From an uncultured cyanobacterium (lineage in GTDB: Bacteria; Cyanobacteriota; Cyanobacteriia; Cyanobacteriales; Nostocaceae): a stretch of 64,000 nucleotides of DNA. The notes beneath the pieces were generated by a model. The model made no database searches. It was not told where the DNA came from and was given only the letters and a program-made list of their open reading frames with translations. This document shows, in pieces, positions 29,476-39,350 of the stretch (the first letter of the stretch is position 1; each line of letters starts with the position of its first letter). Location: the NCBI GenBank assembly GCA_963740315.1, contig CAVUDP010000001.1, positions 960,001 through 1,024,000 of the forward strand, written 5' to 3'. A program made the position numbers and the translations under genes.

Positions 29476-29682
29476 GGTGTGTTAAACCCACGACTATATT
29501 TGGCTTTAATTAATAACCTTGATACGTTTAACGCACCATCCGGAACTGATACAGAGTAATAGAATTTAAACCAATAGATTAAAAAATTACAATTACCACA
29601 AATTATCCTTGGTGCGTTAGACGCGAAACAGATATATTTTGTCACCATGAGAATTACCCGTCGCGCCATAACACACCCTACA
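29471..29682. mobile_element. REPIN/MITE-like element: two GTAG-type REPs in inverted orientation
   Basis: Perfect TGTAGGGTGTGTTA/TAACACACCCTACA termini; inner TAACGCACCA/TGGTGCGTTA. Confidence 0.85.
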
Positions 29683-29686
29683 TTTA

Positions 29687-30730
29687 TCACACGCTAGACG
29701 CTTCTATTTTTATTTCTTGCGCTTCATTAGCATTCAAAGCATCAAGAGTATCCCAAATTTGCTGCAACATTGGCTGTAAACCTTCGCCAGTCACCGCAGA
29801 AATTATGAAAACTGGAGCGTAGGAAAGATGATTTAATTGGGTTGCTAATGCTTCTAAATCTACACTTTCTTTATCTACAGCATCAATTTTATTCAAGGCG
29901 ATAATTTGGGTTTTTTCTCGCAATTCCCGCCCGTATGACTGTAATTCTTGAACAATCGTGTTGTATTCACCAACTACATCTTCGCTGGTAGCATCAATTA
30001 CGTGCAGCAATACGCGGGTACGTTCGATGTGACGCAAGAAATCATGTCCCAATCCTGCACCAAGGGATGCACCTTCAATTAATCCGGGAATGTCAGCAAA
30101 AACCGTACCGTCACCAGTAGGTTTTCTCACAACACCTAAATTAGGTATCAAAGTAGTAAAAGGATAATCGGCAATCTTTGGACGTGCTGCCGATAAAGCC
30201 GAAATTAAAGTAGATTTACCGGCATTTGGTAATCCAATAATTCCCACTTCAGCTAACAGTTTTAGCTCCAAACGTAAGGTTTGAATTTCTCCATCCAATC
30301 CCGGCAAAGCGTGTTCCGGAGCGCGGTTGCGATTGCTCAAAAAATACTTATTCCCCAGTCCGCCTTTACCACCTTGAGCAACTAATAAAGTTTGTTCGGG
30401 TTTAGTTAAATCGCCAATTAACTCATCGGTTTCGCCATTATAAACAGCAGTACCGCAAGGAACTTCAATTAATAAATCCTCTCCAGATGCGCCTGTCATA
30501 TTTTTTGGACCGCCGCGAGAACCATTTTGCGCTACGAAACGACGCTTGTATCGGAAGTCTAGTAATGTTTGTAGGTCTTGTGAAGCAACCAAAATCACCG
30601 AACCACCTCGTCCTCCATTCCCTCCCGAAGGACCGCCAGCGGGTACGAATTTTTCCCGTCGAAAAGCGACAATACCATCACCGCCTTTACCTGCTTCTAC
30701 TTCAATTTTTGCTTGATCGATAAATTGCAT
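29687..30730 (-). CDS. obgE: GTPase ObgE/CgtA
   Basis: [48 protein letters not shown]. Confidence 0.97.
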   Translation of the reverse strand: MQFIDQAKIEVEAGKGGDGIVAFRREKFVPAGGPSGGNGGRGGSVILVASQDLQTLLDFRYKRRFVAQNGSRGGPKNMTGASGEDLLIEVPCGTAVYNGETDELIGDLTKPEQTLLVAQGGKGGLGNKYFLSNRNRAPEHALPGLDGEIQTLRLELKLLAEVGIIGLPNAGKSTLISALSAARPKIADYPFTTLIPNLGVVRKPTGDGTVFADIPGLIEGASLGAGLGHDFLRHIERTRVLLHVIDATSEDVVGEYNTIVQELQSYGRELREKTQIIALNKIDAVDKESVDLEALATQLNHLSYAPVFIISAVTGEGLQPMLQQIWDTLDALNANEAQEIKIEASSV

Positions 30731-30740
30731 AATAAAAAAT

Positions 30741-30768
30741 GGGCATGGGGCATGGGGCATAGGGCATT
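30741..30768. repeat. Heptamer repeat (GGGCAT[G/A/T]) x4
   Basis: Read directly; inverted counterpart at 30962-30991. Confidence 0.88.
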
Positions 30769-30961
30769 GGTTTTTTACCGATCGCTGACCACTAAACTAT
30801 CCCCAATTGAAAGGATAATAATATCACTATTACAAAGCCAAGCCAGCATAGTTAAATTTGAAATGCTGATGACCAACAAATAGTAACTATAAGTATTTAC
30901 CCTTCTATTTCCAGGATAGCTGTGTTTTAGCTTCCAGATAGACTATTTGAAATTCCTTTCT

Positions 30962-30991
30962 CCCATGCCCTATGCCCTATCCCCAATGCCC
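30962..30991. repeat. Heptamer repeat (ATGCCC[C/T]) x4, inverse of 30741-30768
   Basis: cccatgccctatgccctatccccaatgccc. Confidence 0.8.
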
Positions 30992-30998
30992 TTTTAAA

Positions 30999-31688
30999 TT
31001 AAATATATTCCGAAACATCCTCGTTACAATCATCCGCTAAATAGGACAAAGCGCGGAAACGCAAGCCTACGAGTTGTTCGTAAAGCGGATTTATTTTGCA
31101 CAACGGAGGAATATGTATGACTTTGCGCCCAAACAGTTTCACATCCCGCTCAAAAGGACATTGATTAGGAATCATTTTGCACAAAAAGCGGGCAACTTTG
31201 GGGTCTTGAACATCCAAACCGTCTAGCCAATCTCGCAGGGGATTTAAGGCTTCAATTGGCGGTTTTGCAGGAGGTGCCAGGGATGAAGCAGCACCTGATG
31301 CCGATAAAGCTGGTTGAGGATTTTCTAAAGTCTGGCGCAGAGATTCCAGCAGGTTTTTCGGCTCTCCCAAAGCTTCACAAAGTTGCTGCAATAGCTCGTC
31401 TTCGCTGGGAGAATATATTCCATCGGCAATAGCTACCATCACCGCAGTCCGCAAGAAGTTTTCTGCAACAGAGGTACCTTTACCGAAAATAGCAGCTAAT
31501 TCTTCTGGCGTTATCGTTTCAAATGATTCTACATTCATCCCAGGAACTAATTCGTCTTGGGCGATCGCAGTTATCAATTGCTTTTCTTGCTCGTCAAAGT
31601 TTCCGTCAGCCCAAGCAATAGTCAGCAGCCCACGCAGCCAAGCAGATATTTGTTCGCTACTGTAGGGAGATTGAACAGCACTTGTCAT
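30999..31688 (-). CDS. TerB-like plus 'Mo-dependent nitrogenase C-terminal' domain protein
   Basis: AWADG/AIADG TerB motifs; IPNQCPFERD..IPPLCKINPLYEQLVGLRFRAL. Confidence 0.88.
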   Translation of the reverse strand: MTSAVQSPYSSEQISAWLRGLLTIAWADGNFDEQEKQLITAIAQDELVPGMNVESFETITPEELAAIFGKGTSVAENFLRTAVMVAIADGIYSPSEDELLQQLCEALGEPKNLLESLRQTLENPQPALSASGAASSLAPPAKPPIEALNPLRDWLDGLDVQDPKVARFLCKMIPNQCPFERDVKLFGRKVIHIPPLCKINPLYEQLVGLRFRALSYLADDCNEDVSEYI

Positions 31689-31878
31689 AACTCACGTCTC
31701 TAACTTTCCCAAATCCATACTAACTCGCCCTTTTATTATCTTTTGGAAAGCTTGTTGCTATTTTCTATAAAAAAAAAGATCCCTGTTTGATATTTTGCAA
31801 TCCAAAATTGCTAGTAAGTTTAGATCGCAAATCTTAATTAACGCTATTTGCTTGAAGAAAACATTATTTTATTTGCTA

Positions 31879-32033
31879 AGAAGATGTTTTCCAAGTCATA
31901 AATAAAACCACAAACGTTCAGATCCTCCATTATCTCCCATCGTCATTAGGGGAACTTTAACCCCCCGCATGCAAGGAGGGAAGGGGGGATAATCCGAGAA
32001 TTGCGTAAAAACGATACTTGGAAAACATCCTCT
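31879..32033. mobile_element. MITE with 18-bp terminal inverted repeats
   Basis: AGAAGATGTTTTCCAAGT ... ACTTGGAAAACATCCTCT (17/18); internal C-run/G-run hairpins. Confidence 0.82.
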
Positions 32034-32185
32034 AAGAAGAAACCCATTTTTGGAAAGTTAATACATAATTGCTATTGATTTAAATTATTTTTAATGATAC
32101 TATTGATAATTATTTTTACTTATACTCAATTTTAATATTAATATTTATAACCGAACAATCTGCTGATTTTATAGAGAGGTGCATT

Positions 32186-32526
32186 TTGAAAACCCAAGTT
32201 AACCTCGGTACTATTCAACCAACATTATTAAATCGCTTTTTGGCAAGAGCTAAGCAGTTTAAGCGAGTTAAATATTCAACCACTCTGCCCTATATGTTCG
32301 TAGTAGAAGGCGTGGGGATGTATCAAAGTAAACAGCAATTTGAGCTACTATTTGATAAGCTTATTGAGAATTTTTATGATTCAGGATTGGCGTTTAATTC
32401 TGTATCCCCGTTGAGGATCGAAAACGTCAAATTATACCAACCTTGAAGCTAAATTTCTGCGGCGTTTTTCATTAATTTCTGCCATTCGGAAATATCTATC
32501 GTTTGGCATTATTTCAACTGGCTTAA
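32186..32526 (+). pseudogene. Internally deleted and frameshifted class I SAM methyltransferase (TcmP/LCM-like)
   Basis: N-terminal LGTIQPTLL...ARA, core FVVEGVGMY..LFDKLIENF...FNSVSP, out-of-frame tail YRLALFQLA*; SAM-binding segment missing; GAGG RBS. Confidence 0.6.
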
Positions 32527-32561
32527 ACCACAATTACTAACTTCTTACAAAGGAATAAATA

Positions 32562-33662
32562 ATGTTTCATTTTGGCATCGAGCATGAGGTTGCTTTCATC
32601 GATAATGCTGGAAATTTTGCTGATTTTTCTTGGGTAAAATTCGCTGATTTCAATCAAATAGTCGAAAAGTTACCTTTCTACAAAGAAGACTATCCCGACT
32701 TACGAATTGGAGACGCTGGAATTAAAGAAAAGCGTTGGTATATAGAAGGTTTTGAACGGTTTACTGATTCTGAAAAAGTTACCGAATGCGTACCCAAAGG
32801 AATCGAAATTAGAACAACCATCAATCCCGATATTCATAGTGCGATCGCCGAGCTATCTGAAAGTTTCCGTTTATTGAGAGAAACAGCCGCAGAATATGGT
32901 TTTTCACCAGCATTAATCAGCTTTAATCCTTACTACGATGCCTTCGTACCCAATCCACCTTTAAACGAGTATGAAACAAAACGAAGACAGGCTTCTCCTG
33001 AAAAGCAGACAGCCAATATTCCCATGCTTACTTATGGTCCGGATTTGAACATTTCGATGGTAGGATTAACTACCGAACGCATAATTGATATTGGTCGGAA
33101 GCTGACTTTTTACAGCCCCTATATTATTCCTTTCAGTTATAGTTCTCCCTTTTATCAAGGTAATTTATGGTCGGGTTTTTCTGTACGAACTTTTGTAAGA
33201 ACGGGAAGAAGACCTGCGGCGATGGTATTCTTAGAAAAACAGGAAGAACTAATCAAAAGTATTCCATCTCTGACGAAAATTGCCCGAATTCCCGCAGAAG
33301 TTGGCAGAATTGAATTTAAAGCTTTTGATAGCTGTAGCGATTTTTCTATTTATGCTGGATTATTAGCTTTATTAAAAGGTCTTGTTTTAGACGATTCATT
33401 GTCTGAGAGAGCAACCGTACCCGATGCCGAAAAGCACCAACTTTCTGCACAACAAGGGTTTGATAACGAAGAGATTTTTACGAATGCAAAACAGATTTTA
33501 CAAACAGTAGAAACTGTATTAGAAAATGACCCCGATGTGAATTTACTCGCACCATTGAAAACTCTATTAGAGAAGCGAGAAACACCAGCCCACAATCTTA
33601 TCCGACTGTACAAGCAGACTTCATCTATAGAAGCAACGCTAAAACAAACTTACAGTAATTAG
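32562..33662 (+). CDS. Glutamate-cysteine ligase family 2 (GCS2/YbdK-like) protein
   Basis: FGIEHE, IEIRT, SSPFYQG, GRIEFK; AAGGA RBS. Confidence 0.82.
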   Translation: MFHFGIEHEVAFIDNAGNFADFSWVKFADFNQIVEKLPFYKEDYPDLRIGDAGIKEKRWYIEGFERFTDSEKVTECVPKGIEIRTTINPDIHSAIAELSESFRLLRETAAEYGFSPALISFNPYYDAFVPNPPLNEYETKRRQASPEKQTANIPMLTYGPDLNISMVGLTTERIIDIGRKLTFYSPYIIPFSYSSPFYQGNLWSGFSVRTFVRTGRRPAAMVFLEKQEELIKSIPSLTKIARIPAEVGRIEFKAFDSCSDFSIYAGLLALLKGLVLDDSLSERATVPDAEKHQLSAQQGFDNEEIFTNAKQILQTVETVLENDPDVNLLAPLKTLLEKRETPAHNLIRLYKQTSSIEATLKQTYSN

Positions 33663-33928
33663 CAATTATTAACTGTTACCCTAAGAACTGCTTTATTGGA
33701 TAAAGAAGCATAGATATTTACATTCTCACCGAATTTTAGATTTTAAAGAAAGGATTATGTATGTAAAATTCAAAATCCTTTCTTTAAATTTGCTTTATTA
33801 GGGACTTATGAGCGTATCGTGGGTGTTGCGTGTCATAAAGACATAGCCCCCAAATTTATTCGTGGAATAAATGGAAAATCTAAAATTCTCTAACCTTTAT
33901 CCTATAGCCCTTTAGAATTCGACAACAG

Positions 33929-34111
33929 CTAATTAAGCTTTATTTGTTCCTGTTTTCTTGCTTGCACTTCCTGCCAAACATCTTCCCAACGTTCGCTAAT
34001 TAAATCTTGGAGTTTAGCTAAGTATTCCTCAGATTGATAATTATCTTCTTCATCTTTCAATTTACTGTCAGTAAATAACAAGGCGGGCATATTCGATGCT
34101 ACTTTAATCAT
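33929..34111 (-). CDS. Small hypothetical protein (possibly 5' degraded)
   Basis: 60-aa ORF with protein-like composition; the frame stays open about 28 codons upstream without a standard start. Confidence 0.45.
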   Translation of the reverse strand: MIKVASNMPALLFTDSKLKDEEDNYQSEEYLAKLQDLISERWEDVWQEVQARKQEQIKLN

Positions 34112-34461
34112 GATAAATTTGACGACTTCAAGGACTATTGCAATTTTATCGCAACAACTTAGGTAAGTTGTATTATGCTTTACAAAAAATGATAGTTAAC
34201 TATATTTAGGTATACATCAGTTCTCAGAGTTTGTAAGTAATTTCAAAACAATTTTAAAAAAGAAATTGGTAAAGTTTGGATTAAAAGTCAAGGAATGTAA
34301 ATATATTTACGCGGAGAATTTTAGTAGTTAGTACTTGATGATACAAAATGTCATTATTAAAATTTGCTTACTCTCACAAATTAGATACTTTGTCAGTAAA
34401 TTTTAACTAAGCAGCTAGTAATTAGTTAACAGCGTGTTAAGAAAACCCAGTATTATTTAAA

Positions 34462-35259
34462 TTACTCATCAAGTAAAAAATATAAAGGTTTGCTCATATT
34501 CTCAGCAAAACCAAGAATACCGCGATCGCGATGTTCGTAAATTAAGTTACCATTGGAATCAAACAAAAAGGTTGCTCCCCGCTGTGTCAAATAAGCCGAG
34601 TCGGGAACGTAAGTATTCCAATTACTCAAAACCTCTGTCATATTTCGTAAACGTAAAGTTGCGAGTTCAAAAGGACGCTGAAAACCCTTTCCCCCAGCAA
34701 ACTTGAAAAACGAACCTTTTATCGGTGGTAGAGGTGTATCCCTAACAACTTCTCGATCGTCAATTAGCTGAGGAGCTTTTTTATCTCCTTTATAACCCCT
34801 AAAAACTTCCACCAAAGTTCCACGGCTGCCAATCCCGGCACACATTAGCATCAAATTGAGCCAAGCCTTTTGTGAGGTTGAGAGCATGGGAAAGTTTATA
34901 TTTAAACCGCGATAAAGTTGTAAATTTTTGTGAATTTCAGCTTGTGAATCTACGAATAGCCATTCTTGGGGAAATCCAGTGTAGTTACAGAATTTGATGC
35001 CAGAGTTGCGATCGCCAATTCCGATAGCGCGAATTGTGATTCCTTTAGCTGCGAGTTTTTCTTTTTCTCTTTGCAGCCACCAAGCATATTCTAAATTATC
35101 AAAATCCCCCAACTGCGACCAAATTAGTACGAGTAACTGCGAAGCATTCGAGCAGCCATCTAAAACGGGTTTAATTTCTCCATCGCTAATTCGCAAGCAT
35201 TGAGTTTCACTCAAAATCGAGTAAACATTTTCTGAATTGGAGCGTGTTTGGGTATTCAT
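34462..35259 (-). CDS. Peroxiredoxin-like AhpC/TSA family protein
   Basis: QLGDFD, AIGIG, MCAGIGS.GT, RPFELATLRL, TQRGATF, YEHRD. Confidence 0.85.
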   Translation of the reverse strand: MNTQTRSNSENVYSILSETQCLRISDGEIKPVLDGCSNASQLLVLIWSQLGDFDNLEYAWWLQREKEKLAAKGITIRAIGIGDRNSGIKFCNYTGFPQEWLFVDSQAEIHKNLQLYRGLNINFPMLSTSQKAWLNLMLMCAGIGSRGTLVEVFRGYKGDKKAPQLIDDREVVRDTPLPPIKGSFFKFAGGKGFQRPFELATLRLRNMTEVLSNWNTYVPDSAYLTQRGATFLFDSNGNLIYEHRDRGILGFAENMSKPLYFLLDE

Positions 35260-35450
35260 CGGGTGCGAGCAAAAGTCTTCAGATATTATTTTAAAACTTT
35301 AAGCATTCTTAGATGACTAATAAATCCTTTTTATTAGCTGCAATATCCGATTGCAAAAAATATGGAGTAAACACCAATCAAAAAATTATCTTTTATCTCA
35401 GAAAAAAAGCAGGTATAAATTTCGTACATTTGATTATTAACCAAATTTAT

Positions 35451-35621
35451 TTAATCCATAACTTGTACAAATCCCATACTTACAGAATCATATAGTTTAC
35501 GAATTTTTTTAATTTGATCGTAGTCAAGAGGTTTATCAGATAACATTGACTTGCATAACCAATTTTGCTCGTATCGAGTAATTTTACCAGTTTTAAAAAT
35601 TCTTTCAATAATATTATCCAC
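35451..35621 (-). CDS. 56-aa cyanobacterial small protein, below ORF-track cutoff
   Basis: GGAG 7 nt before GTG; MDNIIERIFKTGKITRYEQNWLCKSMLSDKPLDYDQIKKIRKLYDSVSMGFVQVMD. Confidence 0.78.
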   Translation of the reverse strand: MDNIIERIFKTGKITRYEQNWLCKSMLSDKPLDYDQIKKIRKLYDSVSMGFVQVMD

Positions 35622-35869
35622 GTTCAAACTCCATGTAATAATTACAAACTCTTGATTTTTCTTGTAAACTTTATAACTGCTTTAAGTATGACAAGCTTAA
35701 ATAAAATCGTAAATATCAAAAGTTCATAAAACTTTGTATATCTTATTCATTCTTTAGATATAGCTGTTTGAATCGAAAGTATTAATAACGTTGTGAAAAA
35801 CCCCTTTCATAGGCGTTAGAGATGTACTGCTCACAACTTCCTTAAACGCACAACTAATTAGATAAGTAA

Positions 35870-35992
35870 TTAAATGGTTTTAATCGACTGTTTTCTGACA
35901 ATTCCAACAGGAATTACCACAATTATCGCAGTACAAATCATTAAAATCGTTATTTTTTCCTTAAGAAAAACAGCAGATAATAAAATACTCAT
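35870..35992 (-). pseudogene. Probable C-terminal remnant of an EamA/DMT transporter
   Basis: MSILLSAVFLKEKITILMICTAIIVVIPVGIVRK fits the DMT 'FLKE.I' final helices. Confidence 0.5.
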
Positions 35993-36223
35993 ATTAATCT
36001 AATGGTTTCACTGTTAGTTTTGGTGATGCTTTTATCCATTGTGCTGTCAATAAATTAATTTAAAATCAATTTAACAATCTGTCAGCTTCCGGTTCCGCTT
36101 TTTTTCCGAATAAACAAGGTTATCCAGCAATGAGGCTTAGTATTTCTAACACCTCAGAATCAGAAATTGATTTAGGAATATCGATTTTAGGTAAACTACT
36201 TAAAAAGCATCTTTCCACTTTTT

Positions 36224-36270
36224 CCTCTGCGTACCTCCGCGCTAACCTCCGCGAAACTTTGCGTTAAAAA
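36224..36270. repeat. Short repeat cluster CCTC[T/C]GCG x3-4
   Basis: cctctgcgta cctccgcgctaa cctccgcgaa actttgcgttaaaaa. Confidence 0.7.
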
Positions 36271-36304
36271 TCTTTTATTCCTCCATCAAAACCAAATTTA
36301 AAGA

Positions 36305-37099
36305 ATGAAACAAACCATCATCCAAGTTGACGCATTTACCGACAAACCTTTTTCCGGAAACCCTGCTGCTGTTTGTGTTTTACCTGCTCCTAAAGATGAC
36401 GAATGGATGCAAAATGTAGCTCAAGAAATGAACTTATCCGAAACCGCATTTTTAGTCAAGCAAGAAGACGGTTACAGTTTACGCTGGTTTACCCCTGCAA
36501 CAGAAGTACCATTATGCGGTCACGCCACCCTTGCAAGTTCTCACGTTTTGTGGTCTGAAAATCATCTTTCTGCCAATGAATCAGCGCGTTTTCATACCAA
36601 AAGCGGTTTATTAATTGCCAAAAAGCAAGAAGATTGGATTGAATTAGATTTTCCCGCGAATCCTTCTCAACCAACTTCCACAACTGCGGAACTTTCTGAA
36701 GCTTTGGGAGTACCCGTTAAAACAGTAATGAAGAATTCTCTGGGTTATTTAGTAGAAGTAGAATCAGAAGATTTAGTTAGAAATATAGAGCCAAATTTTA
36801 CAACTTTAACAGATAAATTTCCAGAAGTTATTGTTACTAGTTTGGCTGAAAATAGCTCAGAATATGACTTTGTGTCGCGCTTCTTTTGTCCTGGTTTAGG
36901 TATTAACGAAGATCCCGTGACAGGTGCTGCTCATTGTTGTCTCGCACCTTACTGGAGAAATAAATTAAATAAAGATGAATTTTTAGCGTATCAAGCATCA
37001 AGTCGTGGTGGTGTGGTAAAGGTGAAATATCCAGGTTTCGATCGGGTTTTTCTGAGCGGACAATCTGTTACAGTTTTACGAGGGGAAATAATTTGTTAA
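36305..37099 (+). CDS. PhzF family isomerase/epimerase
   Basis: VDAFT..FSGNPAAV, NLSETAF, RWFTP.EVPLCGHATL, EDPVTG. Confidence 0.95.
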   Translation: MKQTIIQVDAFTDKPFSGNPAAVCVLPAPKDDEWMQNVAQEMNLSETAFLVKQEDGYSLRWFTPATEVPLCGHATLASSHVLWSENHLSANESARFHTKSGLLIAKKQEDWIELDFPANPSQPTSTTAELSEALGVPVKTVMKNSLGYLVEVESEDLVRNIEPNFTTLTDKFPEVIVTSLAENSSEYDFVSRFFCPGLGINEDPVTGAAHCCLAPYWRNKLNKDEFLAYQASSRGGVVKVKYPGFDRVFLSGQSVTVLRGEIIC

Positions 37100-37103
37100 C
37101 AGT

Positions 37104-37129
37104 GTAGAGACGTTGCAGTGCAACGTCTC
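37104..37129. repeat. GTAG-type REP palindrome between convergent genes
   Basis: GTA-GAGACGTTGCA-G-TGCAACGTCTC. Confidence 0.8.
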
Positions 37130-37181
37130 CCGATATTTTGATTAGTATCGACAACGAGCATGAAAAAGACAAAATTATTTA

Positions 37182-38459
37182 CTACAAACCATCTAAAATA
37201 CTAAAAATCCCTTCATACACCATAGATAATTCCTCGTCGGTAATACAATAAGGCGGCATTATATAAAGTACGTTTCCTAAAGGACGTAAAAGCAAACCTT
37301 TTTCTAAAGACTTTTCTCGAATTTCCAAACCCACTTTATTCAAATAACCGGATTCTTGAGTACTTACAATATCCATTGCCGCGATCGTACCCGTTACCCG
37401 CAATTTTTCAACTTTGGGATTTTCCTGTAAAGCTTCTAAATACTGTAAATGTTTCGCTTCCATACTGCTAAAAACAGGTTGATTTTCTACCATCAATTCT
37501 AAAGAAGCTAAAGCAGCAGCACATCCCAAAGGGTTCGCAGTGTAACTATGACCGTGATAAAGTGTTTTTATCGGGTCGTCGCTGTAAAAAGTATCGTAAA
37601 TTTTCTCCGAACATACGGTAACAGATAGCGGTAAAAAACCCCCAGTAATTCCCTTTGATAAACAAGTAATATCCGGCGTAACCTGACTTTTAATGCTGGG
37701 AAACCAATCTCCAGTTCTACCAAACCCAGTCATCACTTCATCGAAAATAAGCAAAGTATCAAATTGCTTAACTAATTGCTGTAATTCCCGTAAAAACTCG
37801 GTTCTACACATCCGCATTCCACCAGCACCCTGGACTAAAGGCTCAATAATAATGCCAGCATACTGTTGAGGATTTTGCTTTAATTTTTCTTTTAATAGAG
37901 TTAAAACTTGTTCTTCCTTTTCTTCAACAGAAGTGTCACCGATGTAAGTTTCAGGAAAAGGTGAGAAATCCACCTCGAACAACATACTTGAGAAAACTTG
38001 AGTAAATAGCGATCGCGAACCCACAGACATTGCTCCAAAAGTATCCCCGTGATACGCTCCTTCAAAAGCAATAAATTTTTGACGCTGCTGCGAAAGATTT
38101 ACCCAATATTGATAAGCCATTTTCAGCGCAACTTCCACAGCAGTTGAGCCATTATCGGAAAAGAAAACTCGGCTTAATTCTTGTGGGAGTTTTTTGACTA
38201 ATTTTTCTGCAAGGTTTTCAGCAGGTTGGTGAGTGAATCCAGCAAAAATTACTTGTTCCAATTCCAGCGCTTGACGATAAATCGCTTCAGCAATTTTAGG
38301 ATGGGAATGTCCGTGAATATTCACCCACCAGCTAGAAATACAGTCCATGATTTTGTCTCCATCTTCCAACTCCAGCCAAATTCCACGAGCCGATCTTACC
38401 TTAAGAGGTGGAGGAGAAGTTTTTGCTTGGGTGAAGGGATACCAGATGTGGGGGTGCAT
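37182..38459 (-). CDS. bioA: Adenosylmethionine-8-amino-7-oxononanoate transaminase
   Basis: IWYPFTQ, SSWWVNIHGH, DNGSTAVEVALKMA, YHGDTFGAMS, DEVMTGFGRTG, SKGITGG, HGHSYTANP. Confidence 0.96.
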   Translation of the reverse strand: MHPHIWYPFTQAKTSPPPLKVRSARGIWLELEDGDKIMDCISSWWVNIHGHSHPKIAEAIYRQALELEQVIFAGFTHQPAENLAEKLVKKLPQELSRVFFSDNGSTAVEVALKMAYQYWVNLSQQRQKFIAFEGAYHGDTFGAMSVGSRSLFTQVFSSMLFEVDFSPFPETYIGDTSVEEKEEQVLTLLKEKLKQNPQQYAGIIIEPLVQGAGGMRMCRTEFLRELQQLVKQFDTLLIFDEVMTGFGRTGDWFPSIKSQVTPDITCLSKGITGGFLPLSVTVCSEKIYDTFYSDDPIKTLYHGHSYTANPLGCAAALASLELMVENQPVFSSMEAKHLQYLEALQENPKVEKLRVTGTIAAMDIVSTQESGYLNKVGLEIREKSLEKGLLLRPLGNVLYIMPPYCITDEELSMVYEGIFSILDGL

Positions 38460-38497
38460 TGGTTGTTTTGGGGTTGGGTGAAAAATAATTTAAAAAT

Positions 38498-38519
38498 CCT
38501 GGCGATTTAAATCGCCAGG
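38498..38519. promoter_or_regulatory. Perfect 22-bp palindrome over the -35 region of the TA promoter
   Basis: CCTGGCGATTTAAATCGCCAGG; TATAAT at 38528-38533. Confidence 0.5.
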
Positions 38520-38564
38520 TTCTCTTCTATAATGAAGGCTACAACCCAATTACATAGTTGAAAC

Positions 38565-38795
38565 ATGGAAAATCTTAACCGCATTACGGTTAATCCTAAT
38601 GTTTGCTTGGGTCAACCGACAATTCGAGGTATGCGAATTACCGTCAGCGTTATTCTCAAAATGCTAGCAGGTGGTAGTTCCCTGGTAGATGTATTAAACG
38701 CTTATCCAGAATTAGAAGCCGAAGATGTTAACCAGGCTCTTAAATATGCTGCTTGGGTAGTTTCCGAGCAAATTCAAATAATTCCAACTGCTTGA
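38565..38795 (+). CDS. DUF433 antitoxin
   Basis: RITVNPNVCLGQPTIRGMRITV, YPEL...D...AL.YAA. Confidence 0.93.
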   Translation: MENLNRITVNPNVCLGQPTIRGMRITVSVILKMLAGGSSLVDVLNAYPELEAEDVNQALKYAAWVVSEQIQIIPTA

Positions 38796-38805
38796 AGGGT
38801 GTAAA

Positions 38806-39180
38806 GTGACTAATATCAAGCTGCTGGCGGACATGAATATTTCTCCAGTAACTGTGAGCAATTTGCAGATCCAAGGATGGGATACAATTCGAGTCGTAGA
38901 AATTTTACCTCCCACGGCATCGGATTTAGAAATCTTAGAATTTGCTCGTCAAGAAGAAAGAGTAATTCTAAGCCACGATTTAGACTTTTCTATGCTGTTA
39001 GCGGTGGGTAGTTACGATCGACCAAGTTTGATTACTTTAAGATTATCGTTTACAGACCCAGAAGTTGTAACCGAAAAGATTCTTAATGCTTTACTTCAAG
39101 TAGAAGAGACTCTTAATGAAGGGGCTGCTGTCACCATAGAAGACAATAATATACGCATCCGTAAACTCCCACTCAAATAA
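38806..39180 (+). CDS. DUF5615 PIN-like toxin
   Basis: LLADMNIS, SDLEILEFA, LSHDLDF, RIRKLP; 10 nt downstream of DUF433. Confidence 0.9.
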   Translation: MTNIKLLADMNISPVTVSNLQIQGWDTIRVVEILPPTASDLEILEFARQEERVILSHDLDFSMLLAVGSYDRPSLITLRLSFTDPEVVTEKILNALLQVEETLNEGAAVTIEDNNIRIRKLPLK

Positions 39181-39350
39181 TTAACCAAAAAACAATCCAT
39201 TACTAACCATCAATTAACTTTCTCTTAAATTCGTGCTAGAATAGTATTCTTGTCTGTAATCAAGAATTAAAAATTATAATCCCCCTCTCCGTTAATGAAG
39301 AAGGGGTTTGTTGTGCTGCACGCTGGTAAAAACTTAGAGATAGGGAAAAA

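Noticed and set aside
30999..31688. Nitrogenase gene
   Set aside because: The domain name is historical; no nif motifs or nif context
32186..33662. RiPP-like precursor plus ligase pair
   Set aside because: The small ORF is better explained as a methyltransferase remnant
34297..34310. GTA-N8-TAC (also 59220-59233)
   Set aside because: No properly spaced -10 box; expected by chance at this AT content
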